DNA of 32,000 nucleotides, from positions 1,800,001 to 1,832,000 of the forward strand of contig NZ_LT934425.1 in NCBI RefSeq assembly GCF_900232105.1. The letters run 5' to 3'. Position numbers and translations under genes: made by a program. Of the stretch, positions 18,386 to 27,878 are shown in pieces. The notes under the pieces are model-generated. The model saw only the letters and a list, made by a program, of their open reading frames with translations, was not told the DNA's origin and did not search any database. Every line of letters begins with the position of its first letter. The stretch's first letter is position 1. Source of the stretch: Candidatus Kuenenia stuttgartensis (GTDB lineage: Bacteria; Planctomycetota; Brocadiia; Brocadiales; Brocadiaceae).

Positions 18386-18735
18386 TTTGCGGGTTCAGGT
18401 TGCAAGCCAATGTCATTAAGTAGATAGGATACCATAACAGATCGTAGAGACAGGTTTGAAACCTGTCTCTATAATCAGGAGCAGCCTGTCTTCCTGTCAA
18501 TCATATACAGGCCGCTCCTACGGAGCTATTTACCTGTTGAATTTTATTGCGCTACAAACAGACCGCCCCTAAAGAGGCTACATTGCTTTTTATGTCCCCT
18601 TGGATTTTTCAAATAACTAAGGTGCTATGAATTATTTAATCAAAAACAATACCCTTTTTCCGCCTTTATTAAGGGGGACTTTTGCGGCCGTTTGCTTAAC
18701 TTAATGACATTGGCTTGCAAGCCTGAACCCACAAA
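18386..18735. repeat. About 350 bp region bounded by a 36-37 bp inverted repeat, with internal small hairpins
   Basis: TTTGCGGGTTCAGGTTGCAAGCCAATGTCATTAAGT (18386-18421) and ACTTAATGACATTGGCTTGCAAGCCTGAACCCACAAA (18699-18735). Interior contains GAGACAGGTTTGAAACCTGTCTC. Confidence 0.8.
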
Positions 18736-18814
18736 AAAAACCCTGTCAGGGTTGACCAACATACGTCCGGTTATGGTTCTGGATTCAACTAATCAACCGT
18801 TAACAGCCTTACGC

Positions 18815-21800
18815 CTATTCCACCAGCCAAACAGTCACTCCGGCCTTTTCCTTCACCCCCTTTGCCTTAAAGTTCACCTTTGCATTGCAATTATCCTTCA
18901 GGTTGCATTTATCCTTCTTTGCTGTTATGGTAAATACCGCCTTGCCCTCTGCGTCTGTATTCTGGTTTGAAGGCTTCACCTTTATTTTTTTATTGTTACT
19001 CGTGGTTACTTTTCTCTTTACCTTGACCCCTTCAATACCGAAGCCATCCACATCAGTAACCATTACCGTCACCTGCCCTTCCTCACCCTTTTCCAGAAAT
19101 AGTGAGTCCGGCGATACCGCTATTTTCTCCGCATTGCCAGGCACCCCGGGGGCGGGTGAAGAAGAAGGTGTAGGTGTAGGTGTAGGTGTAGGTGTAGGTG
19201 TAGGTGTAGGTGTAGGAACGGGTACAGTTGCTACAGGGGTAATTGACGGTGAGGGAACTGGTGTTGCCGGTGTGAAGGCGGGGGACTCCGTTGGCACAGG
19301 CAGAGCCACTACTGAACAGGTACCCGTCATCAATTGCGGGAACCCGGTAATGGTTGTCTCGTCATAAAAACTCGCCGTCAGGGTATCTCCGTCTGCCGCC
19401 TGTATGTGTTCATAGTCGAGTGTGGAATCGGCGCTTATCTGTATTGAACCCATGAATATACCCGTATCGGTGCCCATCTCCGCCATACTTACCCCTGCAA
19501 TATTAAGCCGAGAGGTCTGCACATAAACTTTTTCTAAAAGCGTTTCCGCCTCTTTATGGTCTGCGTTCGACTCCGCATTATTGAGGGTGATTTCCGCATA
19601 TTCCCCGAGAAGATATGCAGAACGGCTGAATGCAAGCGTTGCGTCAAAATTACTGAAAGAGAGTTTCTTTGTGACTGATACGGCGGAAGGCGGATTATAC
19701 GCCACCGTAATCGCACCGTCCTGCACGGTTTTTACCGTACCGATATTTGACCGCGCCGTTGCACTTGCCTCTCCGCTCGTGGTAGTACCTGTCTTTATGG
19801 TCGCTATAAATGTGCCGCTGTCAGCGCCGTCTTCGTTTAAATCCAGCAGGAGGTCGCTTCCGATATAATAGTTATCGCCCGAAACCTTTATGGCAGTGGT
19901 GAGTATATCCTCTGCCCTTGCATCGGTGTTTCTGTCGCCGTCCGCTACCGTGACAATCACCGTATCACCGGAGAGATACGCCACATCCTTGCTCAGTGTC
20001 ATAACGTCCTGCGATACCGTCGGGGTTGACGAGGGCTGTGGTGTGATTGTGGGGGTCGGCGTTAATAAAACCGTGAGTGTGGGCGACGCCGCTGCTGCGG
20101 CCGGGGTCGGTGTGGGTACTATCGGGGAGGATTCTGTGGTGAAACTCCATGAATGGTTCGATTCTATTGTTGTTCCCGCCCAGTTTGCCGCCTGGATTTG
20201 CGTAGTGGCGAATGCCGTATAGGTAGTATCGTAAGAAAGAGCGTCTGTGGGTGTAAATATGACGTCATAGGAATCGGTACTTGCAAAGCCATCTATCTTA
20301 TTTCCGTCAGGATTGGTCACATAAAAACTATCCGTATTCACCGTAGAGCCGTTGATGAGCATGGAAAAGGTTGCGGATATGGCGGCATCAACGGGTACAT
20401 TTACCGCGTTGTCTAACGGATTGGTTGAGTTGATGGAAAGCGTCGCTGCCTTCGGCTCCCCGCCGCCTCCGCCTCCCCCGCCTGAGCTTGACGTGGTAAA
20501 GGACTGTTCGCTGCCGGTTGAGGTGCCTGCGCTGCTATTTGCCGCACTGCGGTAATAATAGGTTGTGGCCGCGGACAGGTCGCTTATGCTGATGCTCACT
20601 GCCGTATTTTCACCGGTTACGGACTGGGTGGTTGACGTGCCGGTGTACACGCCGCTTGAGACGCCATAGCTGAACAGGGCTGTGGTAGGCAACCCTATCG
20701 TGCTTACCGTTGCAGAGAGCGTGACGGAGCTTGTCGTTACACTGGTGGCAGAGCCGGTTATCACCAGTGGTGTGAAGAGGAGCTTGGTAACAAAGGCGTC
20801 ATCACCAGATTTTTTAGCCGTCGACGTCCCCACGATCGGGAAGTTGCTGGAGCCGGTATACCCTGCTATGTATGCAGAGTCGGTACCATCCACGGCAATT
20901 CCAAGGGCAACATCACTACCACTTCCACCAATGTAGGTAGAGTAGAGAATCGAAATGGGCACCCCCGTGCCAAGTTTAATAACAAAGGCGTCTTCTGTAC
21001 CTTCTGCATGGCTTGTCGTTGTTCCCACAACGGGAAAATTAGTGGATGTGGTATACCCGATGATATACGCAGAGCCGGAACCATCAACGTCAATTTCTAG
21101 TCCACAATAATCATTACCACTTCCCCCGATGCAGGTGGAATAGACAAGCGCAAGGGGCGTCTCTGTGCCAAGTTTGGTGACAAAGGCATCGTATATCCCT
21201 CCTGCATGGCCTGTCGTTGTCCCCACGACGGGAAAATTGGCGGATGTAGTATGCCCGCTGATATACGCAGAGCCAGAGCCATCTACCGCGATTCCTATTG
21301 CCAGATCATCGCCGTCTCCCCCAATATAGGTGGAGTAGATAAGCGCAAGGGGCGTCTCCGTGCCAAGTTTAGTGACAAAGGCATCGTATGTCCCCCCTGC
21401 ATGACCTGTCGTTGTCCCCACGACGGGAAAATTGGCGGATGTGGTATACCCGCTGACATACGCAGAGCCGGAGTCATCTAAGGCTATTCCTCGTCCAAGT
21501 TCACTACCGGTTCCCCCGATGTATGTGGAGTAGATAAGCGCAAGGGGCGTCTCCGTGCCAAGTTTGGTAACAAAGACATCGTCTGTCCCTCCTGCATGGC
21601 CTGTCGTTGTCCCCACACGGGGAAAATTGGTGGATGTGGTATATCCGACGACATACGCAGCGCCAGAGCTATCCACGGCAATTCCTTGTCCATAATCACT
21701 GCCACTTCCCCCAATGTAGGTGGAGTATTCGAGGCTGTCGCCCGATGCGCCAAGCTTTGTAACAAAGGCATCATAATTGGTTTTTTTGGCCGTTGATGTC

Positions 21801-23545
21801 CCCGCGCGGGGAAAGTTACTGGATGAGGTATACCCGGTGATATACGCAGAGGCGGAGCCGTCCACTGCGATTCCAATACCATAATCAGCACCGTTTCCCC
21901 CAATATAGGTGGAGTAGATAAGCGCAAGGGGCGTCTCCGTGCCAAGTTTGGTGACAAAGACATCTTCATTAGCTTTCTTGGCCGTTGATGTCCCCACGAC
22001 GGGAAAATTGGCGGATGTGGTAAACCCGGTAACATACGCATACCCGGAACTATCCACGGCGATGCCATAGCCACGATCAGTATCGTCCCCCCCCAGGTAG
22101 GTGGAGTATTCGAGGATGGGATCTATGACGAGGGAGGAGGATTTTTCGTATGAGGCAACGGTAAAGCCGTAGACGAATTTATGATGGCGTCTTTCGGGAT
22201 GTACACTCTTGGATGGTTCGGGCGGGATCAGGTTTGTAACCTGATCCCCGTTGTTTATACCCTTTAAAACCTTAGCTATGGTGGCGCAAGTATCCGTTCC
22301 TTCCACCCCCTTCACCCCCGCCAGCGGGGGACATATTTCAACCAATAGCGTATCCTGCGGCTCTGCAAGCGCCTTCACCCCCACCAACGGGAAATATATA
22401 TCCGCCACCCGTTGGAGGGTGCCCGGTAAAGCAAGGCACTGCGCAAGAACCGGACGAGGATCTGTCCCCCTTTGGAGGGGGTTAGGGGGAGGAGCTTTGG
22501 GCGTGGTCAGGTTTGGTACAGGCTCTGCACCCTTTGCGTCTTTGCGGTGAATCACCTCCACCTGATGTCCCGGTTGGGTGCGCCCCGTCCATTCGGCCGT
22601 CGCAGGACTGGATTCATCCAAACCACATACCCTGTTCAGTATCCTGAACGAACCTTCAATCTCTCTCTTTTCTCCGTCGATTATCTGATAAATATACGGT
22701 TTTTTATGGATGATGCTGCCTTCTTTAAGGATGATTTCCATGTCGCCGTCTTCCCTGATGCGTAAGTCTTCTATCCCTTCATAACACAACTGAACACGGG
22801 ACGGACTGACTCCGGGCTTCACGATGACGTCATATTCCATCTGACGGTTGTTGCCGTAAAACCGCATATCGACGCCGTCGTAAATATTTTTGTACACAAC
22901 CGCGCCAAAGGTGGGGATATTGGTACGCCACTTCTCAGGGCTGCCTACAAAGTAATTGATCTTGCATTCCTGCATATCCTCCGCAACGATCCCGGGGTCT
23001 TTGTTTGCGCCAAGGGGAAATAGCCGTATGTGCTCCTGCGGCTGTGGGCTAGGGATTGCAGATTGAGGATTTACGGATTCCGTTTTTTTGCCGCGTGTCA
23101 GCGAGAGATATATCCCTTTTTTGGTAAAGAACATGCCCTGTCCGCTGCCTTTTTCATAATACTGTACCCGCGCATCCACCTGCCCGTCATTCTGTATGAA
23201 ATAGAGGGGCAATTTACCGTAAGATTCCTGCACGGAGGTGCGTACCGCCTCGCCAGGTTCCGATGTGCCGCTGACGTCTTCGGGGGTGAATAGAGCGTTT
23301 AAGCCGTTCAAGTCATTTAAAATGTTTGAACCGGATTGTTGGGTGCGCTCGCCCGACCTGCATGGCTCTGCTGGAACATTTACGGCGCGTCCGTTTATCG
23401 TGAATACCGGGTCGCTGTGTACTCCGATATCCCATTCATAGGCAGCCGATACGGCATCCTCCATTCCATGCCCGATATCTGTATAAATCCCTACAGCCAA
23501 AGCAATAAAAATCACTGTACGCCACAAGCGTACTATCCTACACAT
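18815..23545 (-). CDS. Large secreted SBBP-repeat protein with Fn3-like, SbsA-like Ig (Big_5) and C-terminal Ig-like domains
   Basis: N-terminal hydrophobic segment. About 7 repeats of YSTYIGGxGxDxGxGIAVDxSGxAYIxGYTTSxNFPVVGTTT...DAFVTKLG. Low-complexity G8 and (PT)n linkers. Confidence 0.92.
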   Translation of the reverse strand: MCRIVRLWRTVIFIALAVGIYTDIGHGMEDAVSAAYEWDIGVHSDPVFTINGRAVNVPAEPCRSGERTQQSGSNILNDLNGLNALFTPEDVSGTSEPGEAVRTSVQESYGKLPLYFIQNDGQVDARVQYYEKGSGQGMFFTKKGIYLSLTRGKKTESVNPQSAIPSPQPQEHIRLFPLGANKDPGIVAEDMQECKINYFVGSPEKWRTNIPTFGAVVYKNIYDGVDMRFYGNNRQMEYDVIVKPGVSPSRVQLCYEGIEDLRIREDGDMEIILKEGSIIHKKPYIYQIIDGEKREIEGSFRILNRVCGLDESSPATAEWTGRTQPGHQVEVIHRKDAKGAEPVPNLTTPKAPPPNPLQRGTDPRPVLAQCLALPGTLQRVADIYFPLVGVKALAEPQDTLLVEICPPLAGVKGVEGTDTCATIAKVLKGINNGDQVTNLIPPEPSKSVHPERRHHKFVYGFTVASYEKSSSLVIDPILEYSTYLGGDDTDRGYGIAVDSSGYAYVTGFTTSANFPVVGTSTAKKANEDVFVTKLGTETPLALIYSTYIGGNGADYGIGIAVDGSASAYITGYTSSSNFPRAGTSTAKKTNYDAFVTKLGASGDSLEYSTYIGGSGSDYGQGIAVDSSGAAYVVGYTTSTNFPRVGTTTGHAGGTDDVFVTKLGTETPLALIYSTYIGGTGSELGRGIALDDSGSAYVSGYTTSANFPVVGTTTGHAGGTYDAFVTKLGTETPLALIYSTYIGGDGDDLAIGIAVDGSGSAYISGHTTSANFPVVGTTTGHAGGIYDAFVTKLGTETPLALVYSTCIGGSGNDYCGLEIDVDGSGSAYIIGYTTSTNFPVVGTTTSHAEGTEDAFVIKLGTGVPISILYSTYIGGSGSDVALGIAVDGTDSAYIAGYTGSSNFPIVGTSTAKKSGDDAFVTKLLFTPLVITGSATSVTTSSVTLSATVSTIGLPTTALFSYGVSSGVYTGTSTTQSVTGENTAVSISISDLSAATTYYYRSAANSSAGTSTGSEQSFTTSSSGGGGGGGGEPKAATLSINSTNPLDNAVNVPVDAAISATFSMLINGSTVNTDSFYVTNPDGNKIDGFASTDSYDVIFTPTDALSYDTTYTAFATTQIQAANWAGTTIESNHSWSFTTESSPIVPTPTPAAAAASPTLTVLLTPTPTITPQPSSTPTVSQDVMTLSKDVAYLSGDTVIVTVADGDRNTDARAEDILTTAIKVSGDNYYIGSDLLLDLNEDGADSGTFIATIKTGTTTSGEASATARSNIGTVKTVQDGAITVAYNPPSAVSVTKKLSFSNFDATLAFSRSAYLLGEYAEITLNNAESNADHKEAETLLEKVYVQTSRLNIAGVSMAEMGTDTGIFMGSIQISADSTLDYEHIQAADGDTLTASFYDETTITGFPQLMTGTCSVVALPVPTESPAFTPATPVPSPSITPVATVPVPTPTPTPTPTPTPTPTPSSSPAPGVPGNAEKIAVSPDSLFLEKGEEGQVTVMVTDVDGFGIEGVKVKRKVTTSNNKKIKVKPSNQNTDAEGKAVFTITAKKDKCNLKDNCNAKVNFKAKGVKEKAGVTVWLVE
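19167..19216. repeat. Hexanucleotide microsatellite (GGTGTA)n, about 8 units, coding PTPTPT on the minus strand
   Basis: ggtgtaggtgtaggtgtaggtgtaggtgtaggtgtaggtgtaggtgta read directly. Confidence 0.9.
20770..22120 (-). repeat. Tandem array of about seven SBBP repeats, about 190-200 bp each
   Basis: Nucleotide-level recurrence of cccccaatataggtggagtagataagcgcaaggggcgtctcygtgccaagttt and cctgcatggcctgtcgttgtccccacgacgggaaaattggcggatg. Confidence 0.9.
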
Positions 23546-23726
23546 AATACACTCCTTTCGATAATTTAACAGAAGTCAGAAGACAGAAGCCAGAAGTACA
23601 GAAGGCATCGTACTATTTGAATGGCTGCGTAGCTGCGAAATCTCTGTGGCTCACATTCATACCATTCAAATAAATAACATTCACCATAAACAATTTTATC
23701 TTTTTTCAGTAAATCAGGGTAAAGCC

Positions 23727-25593
23727 TTTGCATCGGATGTTCACCCCAAGTCAAAAAACAAAAGTGCCGTAAAAGCCTTATATTTATTGACTTTTACGCC
23801 GAACAGCAAGCTTTTTTCTAGTGACTACCCGTATGTTCCGGCTTGGCAATACTTCTGGCAACTTTATCTGTAATGCCTCTAATAATTCATGTGATTGTTG
23901 CCGCGGACGCGGGATCTTCTGGCAACTAGCTTTTTGGCCTTTGATTGTTACTTCCATCGAACAAATGGTCGTCAATTGTGCGAGACCTTCCTCTACCGTC
24001 AAGTCAAAATTCTTCCACGCTCTGCGCAGCCTTCGAATTATCATGTACGCAAGCATTACCACAAACACATGTCCCCGTGTACTATCCTCCTTTCTTACAT
24101 ACACCGGACGAACCTCCAAATTCACCGTCTTACAGTCCCGAAACGCCTTCTCCACTTCCGTTAAATCCTTGTATCGTTCATGTACCAGATTGGTATCCGC
24201 CTCGTTCTCCTCAAGATCAGTCTTGATTGCGTAACAACCATCAAGGTATGATGCCTCCTTTAATGCTTCCTCAGCTCTCTCTATCTTTAGCGTCCTATCC
24301 TCTTCTTTTATCTGCACCCACCCATCAAGTTTCAATCTCGTTAGCCTTTCCCTTGTTGTTTCCAGGGCCTTCGATACTGACGACTTAGGATGTTCCTTCA
24401 GATAACTGTTCTTCTTCACGATGTATTTCTCTATACTCTGTAATTTTGATACACGGGTCTTTGACATCTCTTCCGCCCTTACCGGATTGCGCCTCAGAAT
24501 ATATCGAACCTCATCATCCTTTATCTCGCAGAGCTTTTCTTCGAACAATCCTAATTGCAGTATCCCTTTATTTATCAACGACTCTATCTGCGGCTTAGTT
24601 ATCGCCGTTATGTAATGAAACCCTTCCGGTAAACTTTCGATTTGCACCGTCTTGATCATCCCACGATCTCCTACAATCGTTACATCTTTGCATCCAAACC
24701 GCTCTAATACCTTCTTTACCTGAGATTCAAAGGTCTTCGGATCCTGGGTGTTGCCCCTAAATACTTCTGTTGATACCGGCTCCCCGGATTCATCACAAAG
24801 CATACCGATCACTATCTGTTTTTTCCTCTTTTTGCCGTCACGATTATACCCGTACTCACCAAAATGATTCGACTTCCCCTCTAAATAACTGCTCGTCACG
24901 TCATACAAAAACAACTTCGGCTTATTGCCTCCTCGTCTTAACTCAAACAGCTTTCGCTCTATCTTTGCCTGATTCTCTGACAACCATGACAAATTATCGT
25001 ACAGATTGTTCTCGTCAAACCCACGCTTCATATCCAGGACGTCACCCGCAGCATGTATCTGCGCCAGCCTTACTGCAGACAGTCTTGACCCCCGGCCTAT
25101 TACCCTTGCCATTACTTGCCAAAGCGCCAGCTTTCCTTCAAAGTCCTTTCCCAATGCCTCTTCTATCCCTAATTCCTTTGCCACTTGGTACACGCTCCAC
25201 GCTGCTCCCACAGACAAACCCTCATGGAGTTTCACCGATTCTGACAATGCGCCCAATGCACAGAGATCGTCTTTATGTGCGAGTGCAAGTCTTATCGCTT
25301 CAATCTCCAGGGGAGTGCAATTCGACAGATTCGCAATGGTGCGTTTCTTGACCTTCCCATCCTCACGGTACGATTCCCGCAGAAGGGTAGATCGATAGAT
25401 TTTTTTACCGGATTTTGACTTGTTCTCTACAATATGCATGTCCACCATTGTACAGATAACAACCATTATCAGTCAAGTATATTGTCGGATAATAACAATA
25501 TATTAGTGACTACATATTTATTAAAAATACAGCCTTAACAAACTATGTATTAAGCACTTATGCGTTTTGGCAGGGGTGAACATCCGTTGCATA
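23727..25593 (-). mobile_element. Second IS1634-like insertion sequence, about 1.87 kb, with imperfect inverted ends
   Basis: TTTGCATCGGATGTTCACCCC (23727-23747) versus GGGGTGAACATCCGTTGCATA (25573-25593), 19/21 complementary, enclosing one transposase. Confidence 0.75.
23784..25466 (-). CDS. IS1634-family transposase, 560 aa
   Basis: LFLYDVTSSYLEGKSNHFGEYGYNRDGKKRKKQIVIGMLCDESGEPVSTEVFRGNTQDPKTF; GDRGMIKT; LTEVEKAFRDCKTVNLEVRPVYVRKEDSTRGHVFVVMLAYMI. Confidence 0.93.
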   Translation of the reverse strand: MVVICTMVDMHIVENKSKSGKKIYRSTLLRESYREDGKVKKRTIANLSNCTPLEIEAIRLALAHKDDLCALGALSESVKLHEGLSVGAAWSVYQVAKELGIEEALGKDFEGKLALWQVMARVIGRGSRLSAVRLAQIHAAGDVLDMKRGFDENNLYDNLSWLSENQAKIERKLFELRRGGNKPKLFLYDVTSSYLEGKSNHFGEYGYNRDGKKRKKQIVIGMLCDESGEPVSTEVFRGNTQDPKTFESQVKKVLERFGCKDVTIVGDRGMIKTVQIESLPEGFHYITAITKPQIESLINKGILQLGLFEEKLCEIKDDEVRYILRRNPVRAEEMSKTRVSKLQSIEKYIVKKNSYLKEHPKSSVSKALETTRERLTRLKLDGWVQIKEEDRTLKIERAEEALKEASYLDGCYAIKTDLEENEADTNLVHERYKDLTEVEKAFRDCKTVNLEVRPVYVRKEDSTRGHVFVVMLAYMIIRRLRRAWKNFDLTVEEGLAQLTTICSMEVTIKGQKASCQKIPRPRQQSHELLEALQIKLPEVLPSRNIRVVTRKKLAVRRKSQ

Positions 25594-26378
25594 ATTGGGT
25601 TTAAATGTATTCGTGCCCACTATAGCAAATGCTTCTCCCCTACACAATATTGAAATGACAAATTATGAATTTTAGATTGTTATCTGTTTTGAATCTACAA
25701 GGAAGACAGAAGTTAGAAGACAGGAGATAGAAGTACAGAAGGGCATAGTACTATCTGAATAGCTGGGAGAAAGTAGGGGGTCAAACCTAATCTATTGACA
25801 ATTTTATGTGTTTCGTCCCTAAACGATTATGCATTTAACGGTTTTAATTACAAAGATTATGTTGGAATTGATTAATATTCAGGTAAATCCCTTTACCCCT
25901 ATTATAAATTCCTGTTTAATCTCATTAACAAGTCCTCTCGATTTTGACGGCTCTGTTCTGTATGGCTTGGCATTCTTTAACACTTTCCCATGCCCCATTA
26001 CACGCATAAACGCATGGGTTCAGGATCGGAAAATAATAAAAAAATTTCGTAAAAGAGGCGTATGTTCTTCTGGTCTTAAACATCAGGATTTAAAAGCAAA
26101 AGAAGGCAATAACAGGATTTTTGTGTCCTTCGGCAGCATAACCGTTGATATGGTGGATGAATTCGTAGGCGTTATCCTCGGCGTTTTAATTGGCGTGCCT
26201 GTCTTTGCCGGTGGCATTATACAGACGTCAGCAATCAACGGCAGCGGCAACGGGGATTCGAAAGCCGTGTAGTTGCGTAAGGTGGGCAATTAGTATTTTT
26301 AGCGGGCAATGTCCCATAAGCACTAATCCGAAACTCCTTATTCGTTATTCATTGCACGTTTCAAGTGTCTCGGATATT

Positions 26379-26854
26379 TTACTGTTTACCATACTTACCG
26401 GTTCCAATCTTTACATCCAGGTGTTTATGGCAGTCGGCGCAGGTCTGTCGCAATCGGCCGACTTGCCATAATACATCTTCCAACGTAACAGACTCTCCCT
26501 TATCCCTAAATATACCGTCTATATTTTCAGATGCTGCCAGTATTGCAAAATTAATTTCGTAATATTTATCGTCGTCCGTCCGGGCAAATTTTGTTGTAGC
26601 GGTCTTGCAGAGCGCTGTAAGATTAGCGCTTGCGTCACCGTAAATTTTCCGTTCTTTTTCTATTTCTTCAATAGAAAAGTAGGTGGAAAGCCGTTCCGGA
26701 ACCTTATAATTCCTTCTATTTCAGCCATAAGCACAACCAATTCGCTTTCCCCCTTTTCTACACCTTTTACCGGCGCTCATCCGGCAAAAACATTGAAAAT
26801 AGCGCAGAGCAACATACCTGTCAAACTCACTAAAAACGCCCTTATCAATACCAT
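26379..26854 (-). pseudogene. Frame-disrupted periplasmic cytochrome c, class II (c'-like) arrangement
   Basis: Hand translation. A GGAGGAG ribosome site before MVLIRAFLVSLTGMLLCAIFNVFAG (signal-like), then a stop and apparent frame change. Another frame reads ...VPERLSTYFSIEEIEKERKIYGDASANLTALCKTATTKFARTDDDKYYEINFAILAASENIDGIFRDKGESVTLEDVLWQVGRLRQTCADCHKHLDVKIGTGKYGKQ*, with CxxCH near the C-terminus. Confidence 0.65.
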
Positions 26855-26990
26855 TATCTCCTCCTGCAAACAAAATTATTCACACCCACTTTTACATCAA
26901 GTATAATTTCAGTACATGCCCCGAATTATTATCATACATGTACGGATTTCTATAGGGTAAAGTATCGCCTTTCCTCTCATACCAAAAATA

Positions 26991-27773
26991 CTATAAAGAA
27001 TTACCATATAAAATATTTTTCATTTTTTCCTTAAGTCTGTATGAAAACCTTTTATCTTTTAACATTTTTTCCAAAGGCTCACGGATTTTATCTTTTGGAG
27101 AATGGGATAAAAATTCAAAAATTGCTGTTATCCATTGACGAGTGGTATTGTTTGAGGGTGTATTGTACAATTCGTTAATAATGTAGGGAAGTATTTGCGA
27201 TTTCATATCATCACGTACTAAATGTCTTAAAACTTCCTTTTTCAAATAAACCTCCTCCAACGTTTTGGTAGGAGGTAATTTGCTGAAATATTTTAGTAAT
27301 TCCATAAACGCCTCTTTATTTCCTAAGGAAATCATCCCGCCAAGACTGGATATACCCGCATTCCGGTCTTTTTCTAAAGGACTTTGCAATTGGCGGACAT
27401 ATCTATCTACCGGCATAGTTGCCCAGTTAATGTTCTTTACCTGTTCATATAACAACCATTCCTTAAGTGCTTCAAAATCAAGTTCACCGGTTTCAGATAA
27501 ACGTTTTAGCTCATTACTCAATCCGCTCGTGTTATCCATTTCTATAAATTCCATTTCCTCATAATCTTCACAACCATTACGTTCCCCCGAAAATTTTTTT
27601 GTATCGACTAAATTTTGGCAAGAAGAATAATTGAAGTTCTCCAGTAATTCATCTATAAATGGTTCAAATTCTTTATCATTCAGGCAGATGCCATATTCTG
27701 TATTTCCATCCATACTTGCAGGGAAAAAAACGTTACAGTTAAAACATATTCGTTCCATGATTTCTTTTTTCAT
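26991..27773 (-). CDS. Hypothetical protein, 260 aa, cysteine-containing N-terminus and helical HEAT-like C-terminal half
   Basis: Long ORF with plausible composition. ERICFNCNVFFP...CLNDKEF...SSCQNLV, then helical repeats SLGNKEAFMELLKYFSKLPP... No recognised family. Confidence 0.6.
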   Translation of the reverse strand: MKKEIMERICFNCNVFFPASMDGNTEYGICLNDKEFEPFIDELLENFNYSSCQNLVDTKKFSGERNGCEDYEEMEFIEMDNTSGLSNELKRLSETGELDFEALKEWLLYEQVKNINWATMPVDRYVRQLQSPLEKDRNAGISSLGGMISLGNKEAFMELLKYFSKLPPTKTLEEVYLKKEVLRHLVRDDMKSQILPYIINELYNTPSNNTTRQWITAIFEFLSHSPKDKIREPLEKMLKDKRFSYRLKEKMKNILYGNSL

Positions 27774-27878
27774 TTTTTATCGCACCTATTTTTTGAAAAA
27801 TGCCCAATACCTTATATAATCTTTTACAATATATCGAAAACAAAACCCACTTTCCTCTTCCAAAAACGGAGGGCTTTA

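Noticed and set aside
20770-22120. Possible CRISPR-like array because of regular repeats
   Set aside because: Unit length about 195 bp, fully coding SBBP protein repeats, no short palindromic repeats with unique spacers and no cas genes.
18885-22765. Numerous plus- and minus-strand ORFs inside the SBBP gene, including 196-aa and 160-aa ones
   Set aside because: Shadow ORFs produced by a repetitive, GC-structured coding sequence. The SBBP frame is the coherent one.
24770-25398. 193-aa and 130-aa plus ORFs opposite the second transposase
   Set aside because: Antisense shadows of a well-supported transposase.
25829-26289. 147-aa plus ORF and 68-aa minus ORF
   Set aside because: Neither shows family motifs or convincing composition. 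Left unannotated, although the tail VDEFVGVILGVLIGVPVFAGGIIQ is mildly hydrophobic.
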